Shown here piece after piece: positions 26,403 to 39,700 of a DNA stretch of 64,000 nt (the first letter of the stretch is position 1; each line of letters begins with the position of its first letter). The notes below the pieces were generated by a model. It was not told the DNA's origin, did no database searches, and saw only the letters and a list, made by a program, of their open reading frames with translations. This DNA comes from Balanoglossus misakiensis (taxonomy: Eukaryota > Animalia > Hemichordata). The stretch covers positions 1,811,908-1,875,907 of the forward strand of contig CM082579.2 in assembly GCA_040954595.2 (NCBI GenBank). Reading direction: 5' to 3'. Position numbers and translations under genes: made by a program.

Positions 26403-29400
26403 ATGACCGACAACGCGTCAGCAAACCGTCAGGGGATGAAGGAAGATAATTTAGTTGGGATGAGGGAAAGTAATTTAGCTCTAGGTAGTCGAATCGCGCC
26501 GGAGTCGCAAGAGCACGGGGAAGAAATGGCGAGGAGCGAGTCCAGCTCGGCGGTATGGCGCAGGAACAAGAGCGAAAGTGGATCTAACAGATCCTCCTGC
26601 TGCTGCGATGCGACATATCCAAAATTTCAGCTGTTTACACAGGACACTACCTTGCATGGGATTAAATACACAACAGACACAAACATTTCGATGTATCGAA
26701 GGTAAGGCCATCGTAGAACAATTTTGACCAATTTATTCGACAAATACCGCTTTCGTTTGATAATACATTTGGTAAAAATACAAGCTGTACATGCAGAAAG
26801 AGATAGGTTAACGCTTGTGTTTTTCAGCGTTTATTATGAATGTGGGCGCGGGCATTCATGGTAAATCGCGACCAGTCTGTTTTGTTGAATTTTGCTGTGA
26901 ACTAAAAATAAAAATGAAAAACAGCGCACGAAAATACCTCACACTCACATGCCACTCTCACTGAATATTATGAAAGAGAGCAGTATTGATATGTGTAAAT
27001 TGTTTCAATGAATGGAAGTGGATTTTCACAAAAGGGCATTGACAAAGAGGACTGGTCTACTGAAAAATGTTTCGCAAAGTTTCGCGAATCTATACATGTC
27101 TGAGCTTGTCCAGGTTCTGTCATGACATAATTCTTCTGAATATTGCAGTGGTTTGCTTTCTGTTCTGTTCGAGTGTTGAAAACTCTGTTCTATTGTGTAA
27201 GATATTAGATGTCTCCTCATGGGACAGTAATTGTTGCGTACTTTTTCTCTATCCTCCTAGGGTATTATGGTTTATTCTGATGTTAGCCATGATCACGAGT
27301 TTCGTTCTAACTCTAAAGGATAGTGCTATACGCTACGCGTCTAATCCCTTGAACACCGTCGTCTCGTACGATGAACTCGAGACTATGCCTTTCCCTGCGG
27401 TAACCATCTGCAACTACAATTCGTTCAGAAAGAGCGTCGTAGAAGACACTGAAGTTGCACAGTATTTGAAAATCTTGTATGGTGACCTGGCCACGCTTCC
27501 TAAGTCCAATTCTAGCCAGGCGGGAGAATTCGATCCGCCGCCCGCCATTTCCTTGGATAAATCCGAGTTCATGCTGCAATCTGCACATCAGATCGAAGAC
27601 ATGCTGAAAGAATGCACATGGGCGTCAGATGTATATTGTACTGTTGACAACTTTACTAAGATTTTGACTGATTTCGGTGTCTGCTACACATTTAACGGGG
27701 ATGCTGAAAATCAGCTCAGTGTTCGCACTCGTGGACAGCCGTTTGGATTATTTATGTCCCTTGATATTCAACAATGGGAATATTATTATGGTCCAAATAG
27801 AGGAGCTGGTTTGAAGGTAATCTATATCTAAGTATATGTATTGTGCAATCGTAAATTAGACGATGAAGTATACATGATTTTTTTTTGTTTTGCCCGTCAT
27901 AACAGTGTCGCTAAATCAAAATGCGTACAAGCGTTCAAAATACTAGTTTCAGCTCTCCTATGGACTTCTATTTTTTGGCATATTACAGATACTAGTGCAC
28001 CACCAGAGAGACACGCCACTAGTTGGTGAGCTAGGAATGGCTCTGAGTCCAGGGAAAGATTCGACCATTGCACTCAGATTTGCGAAGGTAAATCGACTAA
28101 TCTGATACTTTCTATGACTGCGACCTCATCCAAGGCCGGGATAGGGAGTCATGATTCATGTCTTGTCTGAATCGGGGTTATAAAAACAGAGATTTGGGGC
28201 AAGATTCCAATGGTTTATACCGTGTATTCAATTGAACAGACTTTATTAACTAGGATACACTGAAAAATCACGACTTTGTTGGGTTATCATTTTGACGTTT
28301 AAACCACTCTATATATTTTCAAGTTAACCTTCGGCGTGTGTTCGTTCTACAGAGCATAATGCTCGATTGCCATGAGGAAAAACTGGAATATTTTGCTGAA
28401 TACTCTACCGCCAATTGCGAGATGGAAAAACGTGCCAAGGCTGTGGCTCATGACTGCAATTGTAGACTGCCCTACATGCCAGGTATGACGAGATTGTGCA
28501 CAAATTCAGGTGGATCTTGACGCGTCGTGTCTCAGGTGCCTTCTTGACAAGCAAGGAATACATCACGCGATATATTTTTATTTTTATTTGAAAAATAACT
28601 CCAGTTGACATGAATGTTGCTTCATGAGGTATGACAGTGGCCTTCAAAAAATTTAGCGTTACATTTTGGTCAAATCAGGGGCCAGTGCGTTAACAATGCC
28701 ACCGCTCTTTGTCCATAAGCGTTTTCTCATCTGGTTTGTGAGAGAATAGTTAAAGTTTTGTTGTTTGAAGAGCAAGTTCTATCAAATAGTGAAATTATTC
28801 AAACGAGGTACAATGTACTCTAATACTCCAAGGTTATTAGTTACTGTACAAGTAATATTCCATCATTTCATTATGCTGATTTACTTAAATGGATAATTAA
28901 TAAGACGGGCAATTCTACATACAGGCAATGCTACGGTGTGTTCAACGTACCGAGAAACGATGTGCGTTCGAAGAGCATTACGTAAGTTTGATGAGATTAA
29001 TATCGCTTAATTGTGCTCGAGTTTGGGGCGTTCATTAATAAACTTTAATACGTGAAAGGGAGCCACGGCCCTTTCTCATTATAGGAGACCGTGCGATGAT
29101 TGTTGATAAAGTGGTTTACATCACGTGTTACCGCTGACCCAATGAAAATACAGCGTTTTTTGTGGATTTTACATATTGGTGAAGCATATTATCTGCAATT
29201 TATGAACGGTTTTTTAATATATGCCATGATACAATGACGCGAACTCTTTGATAGCATTTTTCATTAAAAATGTCATTCTGGCGGTATCATTGAAAGCAAG
29301 GACGTGCATGAAATATTAATTGTGTCATGTTTTCTTTGTAGGTAGACACGAATATAAATGTGCCGTCCCTTGTGTTAATGCCATGTACACCGCAACAGTG

Positions 29401-30051
29401 AGTTATGCAGCGTTTCCAGGACCCCATGTTGTCCAAAGGTTGACCGAGATTTATAATCAAACTGAATCAGAGATGAGGTTGGTAGCAAACGATGGAACAG
29501 CAACGTTTGCACTAAAAAAAGTTTCGGCAGCGCCATCTCTGGTGCAATAATCATATCGATGTATACTTTTGGCAGCTTGACCTTTCACAGTCGTGGATTG
29601 AATTTGTTTAACGTACAACAACAGCACACCTGAAACGGTTATCCTATTCTGTAATTGTTTAATGCCGGTATGCCTATTCCAAGCTCACGAGTCTTTTTCT
29701 GTTACAAAATACAGAGAAAACATCATATTATTAAGTATTTATATAGAAGATTTAACTGTGCTGGTGACTAAACAAGAAGAGGCATACCCCATCGATAACT
29801 TCCTTGGTGAGTCAAACGCACATGGGTCTATTAATTAGTCAACATTAAACCACCACAGCCATAATGACATTGATTTCTTCAATCTTCATAGCATCCATCA
29901 AAGCGATTTACAGCGATCTTAATGCGCTTTTTTTAACGCAGGTGACCTGGGCGGACAGATGGGATTGTGTATGGGAGCAAGCATTCTCACTGTTTTGGAA
30001 TTTGCGGAATTCTTCATGATGTTGTTGGTTCGTCATCAGTGGAAACGATAA
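26403..30051 (+). CDS. DEG/ENaC (ASIC-like) channel, paralog 2
   Basis: TTLHGIKY, FPAVTICNYN, TDFGVCYTFN and TM2 GDLGGQMGLCMGASILTVLE. Ends HQWKR* at 30051. Confidence 0.93.
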
Positions 30052-31119
30052 TTTACTTCTTCAAGAGAAGTTGGAAATAAAACGCACAATCCAATAACAA
30101 AGCTCCCAAGTAGCAGACCATCGCTACACTGTTACCTTCAACACATGTCAAGAATGTCGGGGAGAGTGTGACGTACATAGAGAGGTATTGCCCAGTCGAG
30201 ACACTGCGGATCAATACACGAGTGAAAGCTTTGAAGGCTCGGCGGCGACCTATGGTCGAATTTTAATACAAATTATTCAATCGTCTTTTGGCGCAATAAG
30301 GGCATCTTGCATTTTGCCACATTTTAACTACTTGTCCACAAAACCTGAGATCGAACTGACTTGAAATGATTTCACTCTCATTTATAGTATGTTAAGGATA
30401 TACTCAGTTTTTCAACACATGTTCAGACTTGGCAGTGGCAGTGGGCAGGTCTCTCGACCTGTGATGGGGGTTAGGCGTCCCAGCCACCACGAGTCTCCCC
30501 TGTCATTCTTTTTTGGTCATAAGGTGTTTGATCTTCCCCAGTTTCGTGCTTTCGTTCACCTATATGTTTGTACAGAATGTTTTACGCGTACATTTGCGTC
30601 TTTGCTTGACTTGTGCATACACAGCTACGTTAGGTGGCACTTCAGAATAGCACCATCTGACACATACCGCGTGGCCAACATTTTTAGGGGTTTAAAAAGA
30701 TGGCTGGTGTTGGTTGGAGTCTTGTCAGATCCACAAAGTGAAGAATCCGTATTTTATGATTAATTAATTATTGCTGAATCGCCATTGTGACAAATGGTCT
30801 CGTGAACATTGCTCAAACACAACTGTTTGAACAGCGATAGTTCATGCATATTTTAAACGTATTCATTGTTGGCGGATATGTTTTATTTTCCGGTTATCGT
30901 CTCTAAGACGCAATGTTGATATGCATTTTCAATCCATTTCTCGTTTGTTTTTTATTATCAAAATAAACCAGACACATTTCCTTGAAGTTAAAGATCTTTC
31001 TTTTATCCACAATGGACCGACGTAGAGCAACACAGTTGTTTCTTAGCTCAGTCTTCATCCAACGTTATTAATTATTCATAATTAATATTCATAATAAATC
31101 CATAATTGCTATAGTTAGA

Positions 31120-34100
31120 ATGTCAGGGCTTACGGCGACAGAGATGAACGAAATGGAGAATGCAATGGGGGAACTCAATCGCGTGAGTCCGCTCAACAGT
31201 TCGCAGGAAATATTGACAAAAAATGACTCAAGCGAGGACGCAAGGCTGAACTGTCGCAAATGTTGCTGCGGGGACGAAAAATTTCGAGAATTTAGCCAAG
31301 AGACTACGTTACACGGCATCCGATACACTACCAACACAAGTTTCAATATATATAGGAGGTAAGCTGAGATTTGTTTAAGTGTTAGATTCGATAATTATGT
31401 CATTTGCGCGGGCACCAACACCAGCTTAATGTATGCAGTACACCTTAGGAATCGAGTGGATTCTGAATTAATGAGTATCATCTATTCAAATACCGAATCA
31501 TAACAACGATCATCTCATCAAATGAATATGACTCTCGTGTTATCATATTCAATTGAATTCAGTTCTCAATTTATCCGTTTTCGCCCAAGACATTTTATGA
31601 TTATAAGACCATGGGAGAATGACTTTTCAAATTCAGAAGGTCACGACCACCACTTGTTAGCAGTTCATTGAGATTTCATGAAAATATCTTAAAATGAATT
31701 TCTTCTAGTTGAATCTCATTAAACGCACAATTCAAGTTTGGTTTTGAAGTAAAGTAAATTTCGGAATATGATGACAAGTTAATAATTATAGAAAAAGTCA
31801 TATGACCTAATCACAAATTCTGCTGCTTCTAAATTATTCAAGCCTTACTCAGTGTTTATTCTGTCAGACTAGTAACAATAAATCAATAAATCAAAGAATA
31901 TTCTCTTAAGATTAATCGAAATTCGGGGTACTTACCGACAGTTTGTTCCAACTAAGAATCTGTATCCCAGATTTTTAAAACACAAATTATTATTTTCCCA
32001 ATCGCCTGGCATAGTTTTATAGATTGCTTTTCTTTAGCTACTTTATTTACATTTCGATAATCCAAACTACTGTTTGTGTGGGTTTCGTTTTCTGACTTCT
32101 CTAGGCTCCTGTGGATTGCACTGATGCTGGTGACTCTAGCCTTTCTAATTTTTGCCGTGAAAGACAGCGCTATTCGTTATGCAAATGACCCTGTAACCAC
32201 GGTGATGTCCTTCGAACACCAATCGGAAGTCACCTTCCCAGCAATCACTCTGTGCAACTACAACCAGTACCGGAAAAGCGTCATCGGCGGCACGTGGTTC
32301 GAAGACTTCCTGAATGACGTGTACTCGGCGCCGGCTCCTTACCGGCCGGACTTGTCTGAGTATGAAGAGATGGTGAGAAAGATGAACCGTACAGAGTTTG
32401 AAATAGAGGCTGCACATAGAATCGAAGACATGCTGCTGGAATGTGTGTGGTCTTCCACGACAAGTTGTAACGCTGATAACTTCACGATGGTGATAACTGA
32501 TTTTGGAGTGTGCTACACTTTCAACAGCGATCCCAACAACGCGCTAATTGTCGATAATCGAGGAAGTGTGTACGGGTTGCAAGTACTTTTTAATATACAG
32601 CAGATGGAGTACACACTTGGAAGAAGTATGGGCGCTGGGATGAAGGTAGGCTAACACACTTTGTCTAGAATAACATTGTGTTCGTCCTTGTTATACAGAT
32701 GTGCAATTTTGAGGTTTAGAAATAATGTCATATTGGCTAATAAATGTTTTGTTTGTTTCAGTTGTTGGTGCATTCTCCGACCGATGTTCCGCTTGTCTCC
32801 GAGTTTGGAATGGGTCTACATCCGGGTATGGACATCACTGTTGGACTTAAAATGGGCAAGGTAATGGAAATGCTTTATTCCTATACGTTGGTGTCGCTCA
32901 AGAGATTAATCGTTAAAGGGTTATCTACAACAGCATTTAGCTTCTGAGAAAGAAACGACAAGGTAGAAATTTAAAGGCTTCTGTTGATATAAACAATCTC
33001 GTCTTTTTATTCAGAATGAACTACTAAAATGCAGTACAGAAGAGTTGAAGTATTTTGAGACATATTCAACTTCCAATTGTCAGTTAGAACGGTACACCGA
33101 TGCTGTTATGGAAGCCTGCAACTGTACAGAGCCATACATGCCAGGTTAGTACATAGCTACAGAAAGAAGATTAGATGCTAGACTACATAGAGACAGATAA
33201 ACGATCAGACAGACAGATAGATAGATATACATGTATAAACAGAGAGAGACACAGACGAAGAGACAGACAGACGAAAGATTTCAAACTTTGACATCCACCA
33301 TATGTTTATTGCAGGCGATGTGAGAGTGTGTAACTACATTGAATCGAATAGCTGCGTTGCGTACAGTAAAGGTGAGATTTTCTTTGGGAGCAATGTACAG
33401 TTTTGTATGTGTACCACGGCTATCTATGAAAGCCATGTTTACATTTATGATGCCCTGTCGCCAGCTTACAAAATAATGTGTTTTCCTTTTCAGGAAATGA
33501 GGCATTTTCATGCAGTATGCCATGTCAAACTACGTCACATACTGTAACTTTGAGTTTTGGATCATATCCGGGTGCTCATGCCACAGAAGAGTTGAAAAAG
33601 CGTTTTAACGTCACGGAAAAGGAGATTAGGTAAGATGATGACGTAAGGGGTAGTAGTTGGCTCTCATTTTCTATAGGTCATCAGTATTTGTGAACCGGTC
33701 CACCTTGAACTTTCACCTTGTGGCATGACTTAGTCCAATTCTGGACAGTACAAGGCAATGCTTTTCGGTTGGATCCCTGTCATTGCAAGAGTGGCCAACT
33801 GTTAAGATATTCAGGTGTGTCCAGGAGCCTTCGAAATGTCGTTTGATTCCAAGACCCATATTCCAGGAAACACATCTTCTTCATTGACCGACTAAACCAT
33901 CATGTTTTGTCTGTTACGTTCAGGGAAAACTTTGTTTCACTGATTATATACCTTGAGGATTTGCTGGTAATGATGACATCAGAAGTTGAGGCTTACACGT
34001 ACGATGATTTTATTGGTAAGAGAATTATTCTATCACATATCTTATTCTAAAAATAGGGTGACGAGAACATCTGTAATTTATATGCACTTTAACGGCAGTG

Positions 34101-34331
34101 CTCATAATGGGGTCACGAAATACTGTTTATTTTCTTACAGGTGACCTGGGAGGCCAGATAGGTCTCTGTCTGGGAGCCAGTCTTCTCACTGTATTCGAGT
34201 TTGCGGAATTCTTCGTGACGTGTTTCGTGCGTCGCTGTCGAACATTACGCTCAAGATGCTTGAGGATGAACAGCAATGGATCCTTTGAGACCGTCGTTGA
34301 GCAGAATAACAAAGGAGGACATTGCGATTAA
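31120..34331 (+). CDS. DEG/ENaC (ASIC-like) channel, paralog 3
   Basis: TTLHGIRY, FPAITLCNYN, TDFGVCYTFN and TM2 GDLGGQIGLCLGASLLTVFE. Stop at 34331. Confidence 0.93.
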
Positions 34332-36766
34332 TAACTTCTGTGTTATTTTGAATACAGAGTCAGCTTCATTGTGCTATGACTTGATTAAATTCCTCAAAAG
34401 AAAAGGGTAAAAGTATTGCTGAAAACCAATTCGATCCTTAATTTGTTTCTAGAAATGATTGGTAATCTACTGTAAATATCCCACGCGCGAATATAAGTGT
34501 CATTATTTGATAAATGTATGATGTTTAGTAATTTTGAAATCGTTGCAACTTTAGGTTGCAGCATCGCAGTAGACTGTAATAGAAACTGCAGTATCTATCG
34601 ACATTTACATATTAATTTCTACACATTATTTCAATAAATGACAAAATGAGGCATCGTTAATCTAGAGAGAGAACTACATTTTAACATCTGAAAAATATAA
34701 ACGGTATAGACTGTTCAATGCATCGGACATTTTCCTCCTTATGCATCTGCAGTAAGCAAGTCAAAGCCCAAGGGTATTCAGTAGGTTTCCATTTAATCTC
34801 AGAAATGTGACATCCCGATGCGCATTGAAGACATCAACCGGTCTGATCATTTACGAGCTTGAAAGATTTTAACGAGGTACATCAAAGAAGCGCACATGAA
34901 AATTGCCCGGACATAAAACCTTGGTCTTTTATATACATGCAGTCAATGACAGCTCCCTTGGGTCCCAGGTAAAGAAGATACATTCGGCAAACTGTAAAAA
35001 GAAATACACAAGATGTGCATTGAAATCCTCATCACAGTCTGATGTGTCATCTGTCAGGAAACGTGACGTCATATCCAGACAGCAGGCTTTGTCGTTCAAC
35101 ACATTCAATGATCATCAGAATGAAGTAATCAACGGGAAAGATATTTTGATGCATTTCACCCAAGTTGAATGTAGAAAGCATTTCATGAAACAGGGACAAT
35201 GAGTTTCTTGACAAGTAATTTGAAGAACATTCATAAACACACACAACATTCTTTCAATTAACAAGCATCAACCGTCGGTTATAACTTGTGATTCCCCTAG
35301 GGATATATAGCTACAATATGCCTACATTAGAATTGAGATTACTTTGGCTATCGCCCATGAATGCCGCACTATTTCATCTAGGTACTGTTGCGATTGTACA
35401 ACGAATGCATATAATTTAAATATCAGTGGTGGATGAACAATAAGGGTGTACGTCAGTAACATAGCGTTAGCTGTAGTAGCCGTACACCTGGGTATTTTGA
35501 ATATTACGTAAGGGTTTTTGATTTTTGACTCTCGGCAACGGCAGTCAAGTGGCGTGAGCCGAACAGAAAACAGACAAGGAGCACTCGGCCATGAGCGACG
35601 GGGACTGGAATCTTGTAATCCACGTGGGAGCTCGGTGTTGAAGTTCAGCACGTCGGTATGTCCTGTTGGTTTGAATTCAGCGTTGCTCTCGGACTTAAAA
35701 TGCATGTCTACGCCAGCAACTGTAAGTGAAGTGAACCTGTTAAATTCTTCTGAGAAGACTTCAGGAAAGAACTGTGTGCAGCGCACTGCCTTGAAAAATA
35801 GATAGAGGGCGTTATGTTGTTCTTTTGCACACATTCGTTGATGTTTCGTGAAATTCCCACATCTTGCAAAATTCTGACCAATGGATTGTTCTAATCGGAT
35901 ATAATGTCATAAATTATAATTGATATGGTACGGTCGTTAATGTATCTCTCATAATATGTTGAGATGAAATCTGAAAATGTCACTGGTGATACGGCTGCGT
36001 TGATTGACTAGATAAAATGTTAAAAATGATTACTTCCACTGATGATCAAATGTCGTTGTGACCCTCTGTGCGAAACAGTGACGGATGGTGCTTCAGTGTT
36101 GGCCGTACTTTTGCACAGTGACCTGTCTATCTGAAAATCTATCTGAAACTGTTTATTGGACCGTCAGCGTCACTCTTGAAAATAATTTAAATAAGCCACA
36201 GATCGCACTCTGGACATCGGGCACGCGTAAAATTACTATAGATTATCACCAATCCCTATGAGATTAAGTAAATTTGCATTCAGTGGGTTTGAATGACACC
36301 TGGCTTAACTTGAGTGATGGTAGCTATTAGCACCATAGCAGGGCATTTGACCGCCAAGGGATAATAGTCTTCATGACAAAGGTATTGTGCTCGTGTTGAC
36401 GTTCATGTTCGGATTTATCACCAGCTTGTCAATTTTGTCAGTGTTTTTCTTTGTTTTGTCTCATTTTAGTTTTATTTACCCTTTGTCTTGCTGCAGTTTG
36501 CAGAAAGTATGATGCGTTTGTCCAGATTTTTCGACGATGTTTCTGCAATTAGGTTACTTTGAGCGCTATTTTTAAATTTTGCAGCATGAAATATGACGTC
36601 AGATGATTGACAGCGCGTCCGTTTGCAGTTTAATCACACGCCACTTTCATTCGGAAAGGGATTGGTGCATCATGGGTATGGATAAGATGCTGTCGATGAT
36701 GTTGCTTATCAACTAGTATCGACCCGTTAGCCTGTCTGTCTTGAAAAAGAGTTGGTCGTAACAGCT

Positions 36767-39700
36767 ATGTCGTTTAAGGAACCAGCTAGGCCGACAACGA
36801 TGTCGGCAACTATCTACAGCGATCGCTACAGTGACGGGGCCCTTCAGTTTGACCTGCCGGAGATGACGACCACGGTGGCCAAACACAAGCCTCACAAATC
36901 CGTTGCCGTGACCTCATTCCGTGACCGGGGATATCGAAGTTCAGTGGACGTCATCAAAGAAGAGGAGAAGAAAGACGAAGGGAAGACAAAACCGCCAAAT
37001 CTCGATCGCAAGAATGCCTGCGACGACTGCTGTTGTTGTCGCTCGTTTTTTTCCGAGAGATTTCGACAGTTTTCCGAAGAGACAACCCTTCACGGACTTC
37101 GTTACGTAGTTGCACCACAAATCAACACCACGCGCAGGTGGGTACCTTTCTGTCGTTTCACTGTGTTGTCACGGTGACTGTTATTTTTTTACCCTTCGCG
37201 ATGTTCAAGCCTTCCAGGCCCGAGTTCTTTGTATCGCACCCAAATTTCCCTTTATTTATGGTTTCAAGCCTGTGAAAGGGCTAATGCCACTGAGATGTAA
37301 TTTATGTTTACGGCACATGTCATATGATATATGATTATGACATGGTACAATGAATATTGCATACTTTTATGGAACACACAATCCGTTATTACCTGAATAA
37401 ATGGGTTATTCAAAGACTAATTGGTCCTCATGTAAGAGAAACGTTTTATTATCATTAAATCCGGATGTTGTGAGAACGTGAACTGAGAGAAGTATTGAGC
37501 ACCCGAGCACTTGTACTATGATAAATTTGTCTGTCTTTTTGTAACGCAGTACTTTTTTTAGTGGTTTTCGAAGAAGCGTCGCAACATTAATCGAAAAATT
37601 TCACAGGGTAAAATGCATGTACATTTATACACAGGCTATACATGATATCTCGGAATAATATCACATATAATTGAATGTGGTTAAGTACTTTGTTTATGCA
37701 CATAGATTTTGTCTCTATCCGGGCGTGACACAATTCATATCCATGTCCACGTATTAATGAATCACAGATTGATGGCTTTGCCAGAAATCAAACACTTGTG
37801 TCTGTAGTCTGTCGGTTATCAAACACTCGTGTTCTTCTGTCAATTTATTGCTCACACGCATGTGTACTTAGTTCACCCAATGCATGATTTAATCCCCACC
37901 AGTTCGTGTACAACACGAATTCACATTTGATATCCGCATTTGGTGAAAATTCAAATCCGTTCATTGTGTGTTTTCCGCCACGAATTAACTTCACAAGTGT
38001 TTGGGCTGGATTGATCAGTCTTTCACGAGAAACTTAATCAAAAACCCAACGTAGCGCGCCTGAGTAAATATGGTATACGACAATCAAGATCCGATAAAAC
38101 AAAAGCTTGAATGACCTTTCCGGATACATGGACGTATGGAACACCCGCATCATATATCTGCAGCCACGACAGTCGGCAAAAATAGTACAACTTCGTACTT
38201 AAGTGAAACAAGCTAGTGTTAGGCCTAATTTTTATCAAAGCACCGAAAACGCTAGCCATAAAAGTTTCACGGACATGCGCACTGCTGTTTATAGAATATT
38301 AAAATTCACTATGCATTTTAATAAAGTTCCCAGGGACGATTTTTCTGTCGGTGCACACAAGCATCATGAACAGCCCCTACCCTGAGAAACACACACGTTT
38401 TTCTGACGTTGCCTGTGACAGTAACGTATTACTACATGTCCTGTCCTGTAATACACGCTCAATTTGTATAATCCTCCCATGCTCGCAGAATGTGTCGTCA
38501 AGTAGACATGATTGAAGATCTCTGCAGGGTTTTAACCGTGCAATATCCATCCACAACGTTAATGGCCCTTTAATTGCCATATACAACCTTAGGGGGTTAT
38601 TCGTAGTCGCTCTCCGTACTGTAAACCTGTCAGTCAATGATCTCTCGTACAATGCACGATGTTTAGCTTCCCTTGGGCAAGACGCTGCTGACCTCCAAGA
38701 TACCTTATTATGTAAATTAATTTTCTTTCTTGCTTCGTCTGCTGACATCTCCATTATTTTCCTTCAATTAATGTGTCACCCGGGGAGAGTTTGTTAAGCC
38801 GGAAATCAGAAATATTTCTATAGCCTACATCAGTCAAAAGTGAATGACATATCCCCGGTTTATTTAAAATAAACCGTTATCTTTAATTAACTGTGTTTCA
38901 AAAAGCGTCAGAATGATGTCGAGGTTTTTATGTACGAATGCGGTGATTTTAAAGCGACTTTGAACAGAACACGCCGGTTTCTTTCTTTCTTTGTTTTGCA
39001 TTGGAACATTGACATTCGATTAAAATTAAGTTTCCCGTGTCTTCTGCAGGATATTCTGGACGCTTCTTGTGATTGGAATGATTGTGTGTAGTTTCATCTA
39101 TTTATACATGTGCTGGGTGAAATTTCTGGGTTATCCTGTCAAGACGGTGATATCGATGAACTACAAATCACAGATCCGCTTTCCCGCCATCACAATTTGC
39201 AATTACAACCGCTACCGGAAGTCCTTCATTAACGGCACCCGATTCGAGGAATGGATTCGGCAGCAGTACCCGACATTCAACTTCAGCGACGACGAGCCGC
39301 CGGTAGAGTTGGACGAGGATTTCCTTCGCATCAACAGGACTAGATTTGAGCTTTCCGCCGCCCACGACAAACGGGGGATGATTTTCCAGTGCACCTTTGG
39401 CCGTGAAAAAATCCCGTGTGACGCCGGGAACTTCACGACAACTTTGACCGACTTCGGTGTCTGTTACACCTTCAATGGCCGTGACGTCAACGAAGACGCC
39501 ATCTTGTACATAAGCCGAGGCGGAAGTGAACATGGATTAAGACTTCGACTTTTCGTCAATCAGTTTGAATACACATATGGAGAAAACTCGGCTGCCGGAT
39601 TCAAGGTAACACTCATATTATAATTATTTAATTTAATTTTTTGCTCCTATTGAGTTTGAACTTTGTTTCAGTATCTTAGGTTATAAAGGAAGGTGTTTTC

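Noticed and set aside
30389-30763. 124-aa ORF between paralogs 2 and 3
   Set aside because: No homology cue or splice context; consistent with a chance ORF.
34900-35834. ORFs 35322-35834 (-) and 35518-35805 (+) between channel paralogs 3 and 4
   Set aside because: No recognisable domain or supporting exon structure. More likely non-coding or 5' UTR/regulatory sequence of paralog 4.
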